From the NCBI GenBank assembly GCA_034780895.1, contig JAUZTB010000107.1:63378413-63442412 (forward strand): 64,000 nucleotides of DNA, in the 5' to 3' direction. Each line of letters begins with the position of its first letter. The first letter of the stretch is position 1. Below the pieces are notes generated by a model, which was not told the DNA's origin, made no database searches, and worked only from the letters and a program-made list of their open reading frames with translations. The position numbers and the translations under genes were made by a program. The DNA comes from Rhynchobatus australiae. Its lineage: Eukaryota. Positions 24,330 through 37,276 of this stretch are shown here, piece by piece.

Positions 24330-24637
24330 AGGATTTTCCCCCTCCCATATCTCCACCTTTGAATTTTTTCTGATTAGTTTATATTGTTTATAATTTTTCT
24401 TCTTGATTTGGGGATCTTTTTTAAAATTTATACAATAAATCTTTTTCTTTCCTTTCTTTTATATTATATTCATTAACTAAGAGATCATTGGATCTACAGA
24501 TTTTTAAATATTTTATTGTTCTGTATGATTATCTATGCCATGAGTGTTATCCTGATCTCGTTGTAATACACCTACAAACTTTGATGCTATATATTAATCT
24601 GTATTTATTTGAAAACTGATAAAAAAAGATTGAAAAA
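24330..24637 (+). mobile_element. L1/Tx1-like LINE 3' tail (T-rich UTR ending in an A-rich tail)
   Basis: gatttggggatctttttt..., T-rich UTR, ends ctgtatttatttgaaaactgataaaaaaagattgaaaaa before a gap. Confidence 0.55.
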
Positions 24638-26609
24638 NNNNNNNNNNNNNNNNNNNNNNNNNNNNNNNNNNNNNNNNNNNNNNNNNNNNNNNNNNNNNNN
24701 NNNNNNNNNNNNNNNNNNNNNNNNNNNNNNNNNNNNNGGTTATTTATTTCACTGCTGATTGTGAGCCGTTGGCTGCCACAATTATGCTACAAAAATACAT
24801 TGACTACGCTTCATTATTTGTGACCTACTTTGGGATGTGCTGAAGGCATAAATGGTTTAATGTAAGAACAAGTACTTTCTTTGTGTCTTGCTTTCTCACC
24901 TTTTCTCTACACCCTAACCCTTCAAGGACATTTGCCACAGTTCATGTTTTCTTCAGTTTTGATATGGCTCCCTACTCTTGCCTGTAAGTCAGAATATTGT
25001 AAGTTCTATCTTCTCTCCAGCATATAAATACACATGATATTGAATGTTTATTGGGGACATGGGGCAGACGTGTTAGTAGAATGTGAAAGTAAGGCCTCCA
25101 GCTGCTTGTTGGAAAACACATTAAAAGTCCCATGGTAATATTTGTAGAAATGTGGGGTCTCTTTATGTCCTGATCAGAATTCCTCAATGCCACTAAAATT
25201 AGATTACCTAGTTCTTTACCTCACTCATTGCAGTGATTGATCATGGAATCTTACTGTGTTTAAACTGCTTTGTCTGCATTAAGAAGGTGGAATATGTATC
25301 CTTTTTTTGAACTGTATTTCCTTGTATGAAGCAGTAATTAACCTTGAAAGGTGAATATAAATCCTGCCCTGCTCTTGAGCTGCATGGAAATTGTTTTTTT
25401 TAAATTTTAGGCTGCCTTTGTTGGTTTTGTAGTTGAAACATGTAGGGGATGTATGTCGTTTGTCCACTGAACCTGCGCCAGTAGTGAGTGAAGCAGCCGT
25501 TTTAATTTGCCTCTCGCAGATCGAAACGTGCTTTGGCAAAGCTCCAGCTTGCTTCTGGGCACAGCAACTGGCTCTGCAAATCTCAGCCATCATAAAGACT
25601 GCTTTTTATTTTTGTAAGGGAATAATGCCAATGTTAAATAACATGATGTTTTCCACTCATCTGTGAACATTCAGTAGGAGGAGCTTGTCAAAAGCAAACT
25701 GATTTAATGAAGATCAGACTCTCCGGGCATCCATATGTTTCGGGTGCTGAGCTATCCTTTTAGTGCAGGAGGCTGGATCAACTGAGACAGGTGATGGTCC
25801 TTGTGAAGTCAGTTGTACATAGAAAGATTATGGCCAAGGCTTACTATTCATGAACTATGTTCAACATTTTCTTCCCTTGTGTGCAGACCTTTAAAAAGTA
25901 CATTGCTATGACTTTTTTTTTGCTGGCATTGCCACTTTAAGAAGGGGAGCAATAACTCCCTTGGGGCTGTACTAGACAAGTTGCAGAGGATGAGATGAAA
26001 ATTTGAATGAGGAAGAGATGTTAGGCAGGAATAGATACCAACCAGGAGGCTGTGTAACCAAAGAACATGGATTTAATTGGCAAAGTGCCAGATTTCATGT
26101 TGATATAATCTGGAATGCACAGACTGAAAGTGTGGTAGCAGTTGATTCAATTAAAACTTTCAAAGATAGTTGGATATGTGTTTGAGAAGGAAAGTATCAG
26201 AGGGCCACATGAGGAGTAAAGCCAATGGGGCAGGCACAAGGGGACGGATGTCCTTCTTCTGTTTTAAACAGGATTTTGATATGAATCTGCACTTCGCATA
26301 TGGGAATGGCTCAACTGCTGTTTGTCCTGCAAACAAAATTCTTTGAAAGTTACTTTCCGGACTGGACTTTAAATCTGCACATACTTACTCCTTTCTCCTC
26401 CATAAAGGACCTTGAGACATGTAATACAGTGAAGTCTTTATAGGAGTCCAACTTGTTGCTTACTTTTAATGACATATAAATGTCTTCGTATTCACAGAAT
26501 CATACTTTTCCTAATTATTTAACACATTTGCCAACAGAATAACAATGATTTAAGGTTGCAAATAGTTAATTTGATGTGCAGTACTGTGAGTGCTGTGAGA
26601 AATTTATTT

Positions 26610-27400
26610 TACTCCTTCATGGGATGTGCTCGTCAATGATAGTCGGTATTTGTTGTCCTCCTTGAGTGTCCTTGACGAGGTGGTGGTGGAGCTGTGTGCT
26701 TGAACTGTTAGTGTCCATATGTTGAAGGACTCGGACAGTCAGTAATATCATGTAGAGAGAAACAGGATTTTGACCTCCTGAAATTANNNNNNNNNNNNNN
26801 NNTTTCAAGTAGGATGACACGTGACTTTCAGGGTAACTTGTCCATTGAAAGATTGTGACTTCTGCATTCTCTAAGACCCACCTTACCACCACCACCCTCA
26901 CCCCAGATTCTTCAATCCAATCCTTGACTCAACTTGACACAGTCCCCCACATCAACCCATCTACCAACTCCCTTTGTTCTTCTTGGAGGAGAAGGCCACT
27001 GTTTTGGCAGATCCTGTGGAAGTTCTGGCAGAGCATTTATTCAATGGTACACACTGCAGCCAAGCTGCCCCACTGATGGACGAAGTGAATGTTTGGGGTG
27101 TTGGCAAGGGTGCCTATGAAGTGGGCTTCTCTGCCTGCTGGCATTGACTTTAGATCTTATTGGTGATGCAGCCTTCTGGGCAGGTGAATAGTATTCTATC
27201 ATACTCATGACTTGTGCTGTGTGGACGATGAAAAGACTCTAGGATATCACTTGGGGCAGGATACTTGACCTCTCTCTGACATGCTCTTGTGGCTATCGTA
27301 TTTATGTGGCTTTCCAGTTGGGCTTACTGTTGAGCAGAAACCTTTAGATATCGACATGAGATTCAGCAATGGTGATGCTGTTGAACATCAAAGTGAGGTG
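26610..27400 (-). mobile_element. Ancient CR1-clade LINE 3' fragments
   Basis: tttgttgtcctccttgagtgtccttgacgaggtggtggtg...gggattttgacc...cactgcagcc...ggtgatgctgttgaacatcaaagtgaggtggttag. Confidence 0.5.
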
Positions 27401-28309
27401 GTTAGCCTATTGGGCAGAGTGCTGTTCTTTGCATAACTGTTTATCTCCAGAATGGAATGCAATTGCGACTGTTGAATCAGACCATTCCAAAAAATTTGAC
27501 CAGGCATTTCTAGTCAGAAATTGTCTTTGCACCAATGACACAATTTCCCAATCAGATACACGTGGAAAGATAAGATTCTATGTGCAACATTCCTTTAGAG
27601 CATTGCCCAGTAGATTAGGCCATTAAGCACTCTGGGGACAACTACTGTTCCCTGAGCAGGTGTCCATCCAGGACTGAGAATCCCATCTGGGTTGATTCTC
27701 TTACAAACCTTTTATCTCAGCAATGGTACCAATGCAAACCTCGCCCCACAATGTCAACCCCTAACTCCCTCATCCCCTGATTCACTAAAACCTCCAACCC
27801 TCCTAATTGCTTCCTAATTTGTCCCCACTCCAACTTCTTAATTGCCCTTGACTCTTCATTGACTCCTAGCTCTCTCACCACCCCCAGATCCCTGACGCAA
27901 CATGCACCTTGCACCCCAATCCAACCCAAATGACTCTGATCCATCAGTCAATGACTGCCAAACAAGGTCCAGATCTACGTCCCAACATAATGCCCAACTT
28001 GAAACCCTGTTCTGACATTTTCACTGAAGCTCCAGTTGGATTCCTGATCATCAGTACAAATCCCCATAAGTCCTATGAGCCGCAGGCATTGGTGTGGTGG
28101 TCCGACCACCTGAACTGTTGTTGGCATGTAACACAGTCACTATCAGCAAGATTCTAAGGCATCAATGACTTTCTATATTTTTGCTCTAATTGCCCTCTGT
28201 GCTATTTGTTATTTATTAGTCCATGTCTTAATATTGTCCAGGTCTTTCTGTATGTGGGCACAGACCACTGTGCAAACAAAAATAAAATTTATTCTTCTGA
28301 CGCCTGAAG

Positions 28310-29092
28310 TCAGTGAGGTCATTGATCAGGTCGATAGGGTTGTTAAGTAGGCGTATGGTGTGTTGGCCTTCATTAGTCGGGGTATTGAGTTCAAGAGTGG
28401 TGAAGAAATGCTGCAGCTCTATAGAACTCTGGTTAAACCACGTCTGGAGTATTGTGTCCAGTTCTGGTCGCCTCATCATGGGAAGGATGTGGAAGCTTTA
28501 GAGAGGGTGCAGAGGAGATTTACCAGGATGTTGCCTGGATTGGAGGGTGTGTCTTATGAGGATAGGTTGAGTGAGCTTTTCTCTTTGGAGAGAAGGAGGA
28601 TGACAGGTGACTTGATAGAGCTGTACAAGATAATAAGAGGCATAGATCGAGTGGACAGTCAGGGACATTTTCCCAGGGTGACAATAGCTAACACGAGTGG
28701 GCATAATTTTAAGGTGATTGCAGGAAGATATAAGGGGGATATCAGGGATAAGGTTTTCACACAGATAGTGGTGNNNNNNNNNNNNNNNNNNNNNNNNNNN
28801 NNNNNNNNNNNNNNNNNNNNNNNNNNNNNNNNNNNNNNNNNNNNNNNNNNNNNNNNNNNNNNNNNNNNNNNNNGGGGATATCAGGGATAAGGTTTTCACA
28901 CAGATAGTGGTGGGTGTGTGGAACGCACTGCCGGCAGAGGTTATATGGACTCTTATACAGACACATGAATGATAGAGAAATGTGGGGCTATGTAAGAGGG
29001 AAGGGTTAGATGGATATTAGAGCAGGATAAAATATTGGCACAACATTGTAGGCCAAAGAGCCTGTACTGTGCTGTAATGTTCTATGTTCTAT
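28310..29092 (+). mobile_element. HER1/CR1 LINE ORF2 C-terminus and 3' tail
   Basis: ORF MLAFISRGIEFKSGEEMLQLYRTLVKPRLEYCVQFWSPHHGKDVEALERVQRRFTRMLPGL; tail ggcacaacattgtaggccaaagagcctgtactgtgctgtaatgttctatgttcta. Confidence 0.95.
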
Positions 29093-31023
29093 AACTGAAG
29101 TTAGTTTAGTCTATGGTAGTGCCTTAAGGAACTGCTGTAGCAACATTCTGGGATTGATTGGCCTCCAATAACCCCTGTCATCTCTTGAACTGGAAGTGAC
29201 TTCAGCCAGGGAAGTTTTCATTAACTCTGTTTTACCCAGGCTCTTCGATGAGACACTTGGTCAAATGACACCTTGATGTCAAGGGCAATCACTTGCCTCT
29301 CATCTCTGGAGTTCATTTTTTTTAATCCATTGTTCCTAGCCACAGATACAATCTTCCTCTATTGCTTCTGTTGGAACAAAATCAGAATCGATTCCTTCAT
29401 TAGTCTTTGAATTAGTCCGGAGAACATATGTGTGAAAGTGGTATTGTCTGACTGCAACCTCCCACCATTTGATTTAGTGTGGGCAAAACCCTCATCCATC
29501 CCAATGCTACTCTTGACTTACCGCCAAGTGTATCGGGATAGTTTCCTCTCCTACACTCGATAACCTTGAGATAATCAAAATCTATTCTGTGCATGTCTCA
29601 ATGGACATCAATTGCAGTTCACCCATTACCTCTTGCTTGCTGGTCTACTTTGTCTCCCTGTTCAACAATGCCTCAAATTTATTTATAGTTCCCAACCTGT
29701 TTTCACTCCATCCATAGTCTTCCCCTTCCCTTGTTCTGCTGTGAGCTCCAGCTCTGCAAGCATCCACTGTCAGTGTGTTACTCCTTTGCTGATCATCCCT
29801 TGAGATGATTGTTTTAATAATGATGGCCAGGACCCTAAACTCTTGAATTTTTTTTCCTAAATATCTGTGCCTTTAACGTTGTCCTTAAAACCTGTTCCTG
29901 CCTTAGTAGCTGTGTGTCAAATATTACAATACACTCCAAAGAATAGTAAAAAAAAACAACATTGAATGCGCAATACAAATGCAAGCTATTGATGGAGTTT
30001 TTTTTAGACCAAGTCTGTAATGAGGACTGGAATGGCATGATTTGACAAAATCCAAACTTAGCATTGTTGAGCAAGTTATTCTTAGTAAGTGCCATTTCGT
30101 GCCTCTGCTGAAGACACAGTCTGTCACCTTCCATCACTTTGTTAAAGATAATAACCAATGAGCCATTCTTTGGCCAGGTTGAATTTGTCCAGCTTTCTGT
30201 GTGCAAAACATTCCTGGGCAATTTGCCACCTTGCTGAGTAGTTGCCTGTGTTGTAACTGTACTGGAATAGCTTGATAAGGGCTGAAGATAGTTCGGGAGC
30301 ACATATCTTCAGTCATATAGATAGGATGTTGTCAGGGCCCTTGTTTTCTCTGTCCAGTTCAGCTCAACTGATCCCTGATAGAAATTGTCCCGCCTGCTGT
30401 GGTGTCACATTTGATTATCAGCACTTTTTGGACCTTACTGAAGAAGATAGTAAACACTCCACTCTTGTTTTCATTGAATTCTGTTATCATTTGGAGTGTG
30501 AACATTCATGGATCCTCCTCCTATTAATTGTTCAAATGTTCGACCACAAGTTTATCCTGGCAACAAGGTTCTCCAAGAAGTGACCAGATGTGAAAGGATC
30601 AACGGATCAACTTTTGGTGATAGGCATTGAATCCCCACCTAGAAAACATTCTGCATCCTCCCCCTGAAGGCACATCTTCGCTTCACCCCCTCTCTCNNNN
30701 NNNNNNNNNNNNNNNNNNNNNNNNNNNNNNNNNNNNNNNNNNNNNNNNNNNNNNNNNNNNNNNNNNNNNNNNNNNNNNNNNNNNNNNNNNNNNNNNNNNN
30801 NNNNNNNNNNNNNNNNNNNNNNNNNNNNNNNNNNNNNNNNNNNNNNNNNNNNNNNNNNNNNNNNNNNNNNNNNNNNNNNNNNNNNNNNNNNNNNNNNNNN
30901 NNNNNNNNNNNNNNNNNNNNNNNNNNNNNNNNNNNNNNNNNNNNNNNNNNNNNNNNNNNNNNNNNNNNNNNNNNNNNNNNNNNNNNNNNNNNNNNNNNNN
31001 NNNNNNNNNNNNNNNNNNNNNNN

Positions 31024-31385
31024 AGTCCATGGTCCACTGCCCTGTTCTACCGGATTCCTTCTTCTTCAGCCCTTTGCCTCTTCTACCTATCACCTCTTTG
31101 ACCTATCACCTATTACATCTTCCCCTACTCACCTCCCTTCTCCCTCTCATCTGGACTCGCCTATCCCCTGAATTCGCCTATCCCCTGCCTGCTTGTACTC
31201 CTCCCCCTCCCCCCAACTTATTCTGGCTTCTGCCCTCTTCCTTTCCAGTCCTGATGAAGGGTCTTGGCCCGAAATGTTGACTGTTTACTTCCCTCCATAG
31301 ATGCTGCCTGACCTGCTGAGATCCTCCAGCACTTTTATGTGTATTGCTCCAGATCCCAGCATCTCCAGAATTTCTTGTGTCTCTG
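31024..31385 (+). mobile_element. Penelope-like element terminus with minimal hammerhead ribozyme motif
   Basis: cagtc CTGATGA agggtcttggccc GAAA tgtt gactg at 31246-31283, then gatgctgcctgacctgctgag. Confidence 0.8.
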
Positions 31386-33594
31386 CATCCTTGCTACTTT
31401 CAGTGTTTCTTCCAACATAGAGGAGTACTGATTCACTAGCTGAAGGAAGACTGTAAATGATAGTCAGCAGAAAAAATAGATGTGGCATTATATAAATGCT
31501 CCTACATTTGTAAAATAGTTAAATCTCCATTGCTTATAGTGGATGCATGGTTATTGATGGGATTCGCCCACAATAAACTCTTGGCGATTAAAACCATGAA
31601 AGTTTACAAGCCAGCAAAGGTTTTGGAGCACATCATTAAAAGTTATAAGGATAAAGTAATTTCAAGTATGTTAAAAATAGCAACGTATAACAGATGTTTC
31701 TGAATGAACCAAATTTGAAAAACAATAAATGAACCATATGGTTTGAACTGAAAAACAAAGGGGCACCCACAAGGCAGGACGTGTACCATAGACCTTCGAA
31801 CACTCAAGGGGAAAATGAAAAAACATGAAGGTGAATGGCCAAGAGGTACAAAATAGGGAGGCAATCGAAGAGAATTTCATTGCACTAAAATATATAGGAT
31901 GCAATTTTAAAGATGTGAAGAGTGCAGAATTCTTATAATATGTACAGGAGAATTTTTATTTAGTAAAGTAAAACAACAAGAGTGTTAACTAACAAGAGTG
32001 GTAATGGGGGATTGCATTGTCTCTGCATGTGGACAGAGGCCCACCTCCACATACAGGTTATCTTTTGGGTCTCTAATATACTTTGTTTCCTTCGTTATTC
32101 TTTTGCTTATCACATATTCACAAAATATCTTTGAGTTTACTTGATTTGAAAGGCCAATTATTTTCATGACTTCTTTTTTAAATTCATCCCTAGACATCCT
32201 TAAGTACCTGGGGTACCGATGTAAACTTGACATCCTGAACTTCTAGATTTGGGAGTCCTACCCTTTTCCTTTGTGGAATATACATGTTCTGAATCTTTAC
32301 CTTCCCCCTACAGAGTTGCCTTCTCTTTGCTGATTCCTGCTTCCCCAACTCCTCACACTGCCACCTTCCAGATTCCAACCTTCCCACCCACACACTGGGC
32401 AGCAACATCCAAATGCATGCAGTGCACACTTTGTCACCATTTCTGTTCTGGGAATCTTCTTCACCAGTGGATGCCCAAAGCAATAGCCTTTCTTGCTGTA
32501 AAGCTAATTCAGCAGTAATCAAGCCCTTGGGACTTAGTTGGGTCCACAAACAAGACGTTCACTCAACAACTGCACTAATGCACCTTTGTATCCATTGCCT
32601 AACTTCTTGACCATGAGTTTTTATTAAGTAACATTACAGAAGTATATGGGCCTCATTTATGTAAATGTTGATGTACATGCCAGCCAAGATCATTCTGAGT
32701 GGTAAGCCAGGCTCAAAGGGCTGAATGACTCCTCCTACACCTTTTGTTTCTGGACTAGAACCCCAGTTGTCATCAAAGTCTCATTCAGATTTCTCACCAT
32801 CCAACTCAATATTTTTAATGTTAATAAACAAAGGAAAATTTAAAGGAACAAGGATTACTGGGTCACTGAATAAAACATCAACAATTAATTTTCTGCATCA
32901 AGAGCTATGCAATATGTAGCCGAGGTCAATGTCTTCCCATCTCCAAACCTGAAGTAACAGGGTAACTGGCATTTTCCATCAGTTATTTTAGATACCACAT
33001 GAAAAAATTCAAAATCACAGCTTTTAAGTTTCAAAACAGTCAATATGAAGAATGTTAGATGTGAGTTATGGTGAAGGAGCTATTATTTGCAACTATTCAT
33101 ACGTTATGAATATGTTATTTTACGTATGCTTTTCTTTAATATGTACATAATGGTTCAAATATATTTGACCTTGAGTACATATTTAAAAGATGGTCCATTT
33201 CTTTCAGCAGAGATTCTTTTTCTTTGAATGGGATGCTTTTATTTTCATTTATGGGACAAAAGGGGCCATGAGTCACCTTGAGTTAATCTGTGATCCTAGT
33301 TCATGGGGCGACCAGTCATGTGAATGATACACACAAGCAGATATATTGTATTGCATGAGACAGTGCAAGATGTTTTAGATAGACATGTGGACTTTGCCAT
33401 TTGGCTGGGTATTTCAGAAGCAATGCAACTGTGAACTTCTCAATGAAATAGGGTTTCACTGCAATCAAAATGACCTGTTTGCATTGGTAGAGTGAGTGAT
33501 ATGTTGGACCGTGAGGTTGCATTTTGCGGTGGTGTATTTGCTGCTGCTGAAGGCCCCAATGCCTCAGAGATGCTCAATTCTGAGTTGTCAGACC

Positions 33595-33915
33595 CATGCT
33601 GAATCTATGGAGGGAAATGGACAGTCGACGTTTCGGGTCAAGACCCATCACCAGTCCAGATGGGGGGGGTCTCAACCTGAAACGTCAACTGTCCATTTTC
33701 CTCCAAAGATGCTGCCTGACCTCCTGAGTTTCTCCAGCACTTTGTGGGTCACTCCAGATTCCAGCATCTGCAGTCTCTTGTGTCTCTGTTCTGAATCTAT
33801 CCCATTCAGCAAGAGAAACAGAGGACTGTAAATGCTGGAATCTAGATGAAAAAGCAACAAGACGCTGGAGGAACTCAGCAGGCCAGGCATCATCCATGGA
33901 GAAAAACAGACANNN
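33595..33915. mobile_element. Inverted pair of Penelope-terminus repeats plus a further copy
   Basis: ggagggaaatggacagtcgacgtttcgggtcaagaccc ... gggtctcaacctgaaacgtcaactgtccattttcctcc. Confidence 0.8.
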
Positions 33916-34138
33916 NNNNNNNNNNNNNNNNNNNNNNNNNNNNNNNNNNNNNNNNNNNNNNNNNNNNNNNNNNNNNNNNNNNNNNNNNNNNNNNNNNNNN
34001 NNNNNNNNNNNNGTCCTGTAATATTTGTTTTTAAAAAAGTGAATTAAATGCATGGAACATCCAATAGTCTGGATAATCCATCAGTCCAGCACCACTGACG
34101 TCCTGAGCATGATGGATTATTGGAGTTGTACTGTACCT

Positions 34139-34391
34139 TGCAAAAAGCTACGAGGGCTTGTGAAACTGAACCTAATAATGGGAAAGTATAAACATGTTAT
34201 AATTAAACAAGTTACTTGGCACAAATTTTGGATCTATTTTGGGGGAACCACAAGTACAGAGCTCCCCCAAAACAGATCCAAAATGTGTACTAAATAGCTC
34301 ATAAACTTATAAAATATTATAACTTATTATAACATGTTTATTCTTTCCCATTATAAAATTCAGTTTCCCAAGCCCTCGTAACTTTCTGTAC
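34139..34391. mobile_element. Palindromic MITE-like element
   Basis: aaagctacgagggcttgtgaaactgaacctaataatgggaaagtataaacatgttataat pairs with attataacatgtttattctttcccattat...aagccctcgtaacttt; inner stem ttttggatctattttggggga / tcccccaaaacagatccaaaa. Confidence 0.75.
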
Positions 34392-37276
34392 ACAGATCCT
34401 GACTTCAATCAGCATTCGGTGTTGGTTTGATGTATTGCCATTTTGCAGTTTAGAGGCCTGGATAAANNNNNNNNNNTCATCAGTCAGGAGAGACAGACTC
34501 CCCATGCTCTCGCCCAGCAGTGTTTAAAATGATAACCCAATGTTTTTAAGTTGATTATTGATTATTTTAGTTCAAAATATTTTCTATTCTACAACTGGAT
34601 GGCAGGTGCTGAAAGAATTTGTTCTGACCTCAACAACACAAGCTAATTCCTTTCAGATACAAGTATTTTAATAGACATTCTGCTGAAATGCTGCATCACT
34701 GGGAAAATGCACAGGAGTAATAGAGAAATGGTTAAGGGACAGGAAAGACGAGAGGAAAGAAGGACACTCAGCAGGTGGTCATGCCAGGGATGCTTTGGGA
34801 TTGATTCCTGGGAGTGAGGGTTCAGGCCTGTGATCTGATGGTAAGGGCCTGGCTCACAGCTGGGTGGTGGAGCTGGCACTTGTAACTGGGATTACAGAGT
34901 AACAGTGGGAATTCTGAGGAAGCACCAACACAAGGGAAAAGTTTTAAATTGGAGACTTCCATTGGCAAATTTCCATTGCTGGACTTGATTGTCTANNNNN
35001 NNNNNNNNNNNNNNNNNNNNNNNNNNNNNNNNNNNNNNNNNNNNNNNNNNNNNNNNNNNNNNNNNNNNNNNNNNNNNNNNNNNNNNNNNNNNNNNNNNNN
35101 NNCATGCTGACTATTGATTCCCCCCCCCCCCAGGATAACATCAGGATAATTTCTTTCCCAAACTGGTCCCACCTATTATTCAAATACAAAAAGGGAAATT
35201 GCAACATTTCCACTACTGTTCTGTTTCAACATGAAGATTTTCCTAACACTTTTGTTGAACCACATTGGAGTAGATCTTTGCTCAACAATTTGAAATGAGT
35301 GATAGTGAGTCATGACCTATTTTACATTTCCCCAGGGAAATAAAAATCAAGAGAGAAGTGAAACAAGGCTGCCAATCCTCTATCGCCCAAATCATTGTAT
35401 CGTTCACACAAGTTCAAACTCTAATCGGAAACCTCTTTATCTGATGGGTTGGAAGCATGATCAACTCATTGGTGCTTGGACACTGTCACTGCATCTTTCA
35501 ACAATCAGTAGCCAATATAAGATTTGGTAAATATTTTGGTGTGTTTTTCTCTGGGCTGAAATATAATTGTCATGGTATCATTTATCACAGTACTAGTGAA
35601 GGTGAATCCACTTCTGCTGCTCCTGAAGATGATGCAGATCAAAGTATCAACACTTCAATGTTGTCACCCTAGTCCTGATTCTCACTCCCTCTGGGCACAA
35701 CTTTCCAATGGGGAAAACAGCAAATGTGCATTTACTTAATTGGTTTGAATGGGACCAGAATGAATACTAAACTCCACTCTCAAATAGATACATGACTACA
35801 CATCTGATGACTAAGTGCATGACTAACTGTTTCTTAAATCACTGAGCTACGTAGACTAGAATATCTTGAGTTCTATCTCTAGCCTGTGCTCAGTTAGCTG
35901 ATCTTGGCTAGACCAAGAGTTGAGTCATTGCAGTTATATAGGAGGATAAAATCAATAATCCTGTTCGTGATCATTATTTATAAATGCTGCTAGAAAGTGC
36001 ACCTGTGTGGCTATGTCAGGCTTTGTGATGACCTTCACAGTTAAGTAACCTGCAAACATTTGTGGATTCATTTCACATACAAAGAGATGCTTGGACAAGG
36101 TACAAGCCCTGGCTGTAACTGAGGAGCTGATCCACTGTCTGTGCCTCTAAGAGAGGAGCATAAAACTGTGGGGTCCAGAGAAAACAAAATGCATCTTTCA
36201 CATTTTATTTCTTCACTTCCTCTGCATCCATTAACCGTCCAGTTGAGAAATGAGCCACTCAAGATTACATAATTCTTTCATCTTTTGTGAGAGGTCAGAA
36301 GGCAAGTGAGTCTCCAGCGAGGATCCAAGATGCAGAAAGTCTCTGAGCTAATAAAGAAATGTTGTCAGACTCTGCTTAATTTTCCCCATATGGATAATGA
36401 GGATGTCCAAATGCTGATTTATTTTTACACAGCTCTCCTGCATCACTTTGGAAAATGACATGTCACTGCATGAGGTTGTCTAATGGCAGTCATTCAATGA
36501 CTTTAAGTACTTGCATTGAACCCAGTGATGGAAAGAGCTAGAAAGGATGAATATAAACCTTGACCAAGGTCATTATTTTGGACCTGAACATGTGTACATT
36601 TCCTTAAATATTCAAATGTAGGCACTAAATGTTATTAGAACATTGTGCCTTTGAACAAAATAACAATGGTTTCACACCTTATTTTTCAGGTGTAATTTTG
36701 AATCATTATTTGGAAAGTATAAAGACACAGATTTAAAATAAATTGATGAAACTAAAAGATGAACTATTTAACCATCACAGTCACACTTAACTACTTTAAA
36801 AGCATTTACTCCATGTCTTTATGCAACACTGTATTTAAATGGTATCTAGACACTGTGGCAGCTGGGGAATTAAAAATCACTTAGTTAAAAGAAAATCTGG
36901 AATTAAAAGCTAGTAAAAGTAGTGACTATGAACCAACCAGATTGGCATAAAACCCATCTGNNNNNNNNNNNNNNNNNNNNNNNNNNNNNNNNNNNNNNNN
37001 NNNNNNNNNNNNNNNNNNNNNNNNNNNNNNNNNNNNNNNNNNNNNNNNNNNNNNNNNNNNNNNNNNNNNNNNNNNNNNNNNNNNNNNNNNNNNNNNNNNN
37101 NNNNNNNNNNNNNNNNNNNNGTTGTAGCTCCATCTGGGAGTGTGGTCAGGAAAGTTGTGGTCTTTTGAATGTATTTACATACATATTAGGAGGACTGTTA
37201 GTAGTAGATTTGAGTGCATTAATTTTCAAGACCCTTTCTTACACACTGGAAGAATTTGTCACCTAATATCAGTAAA

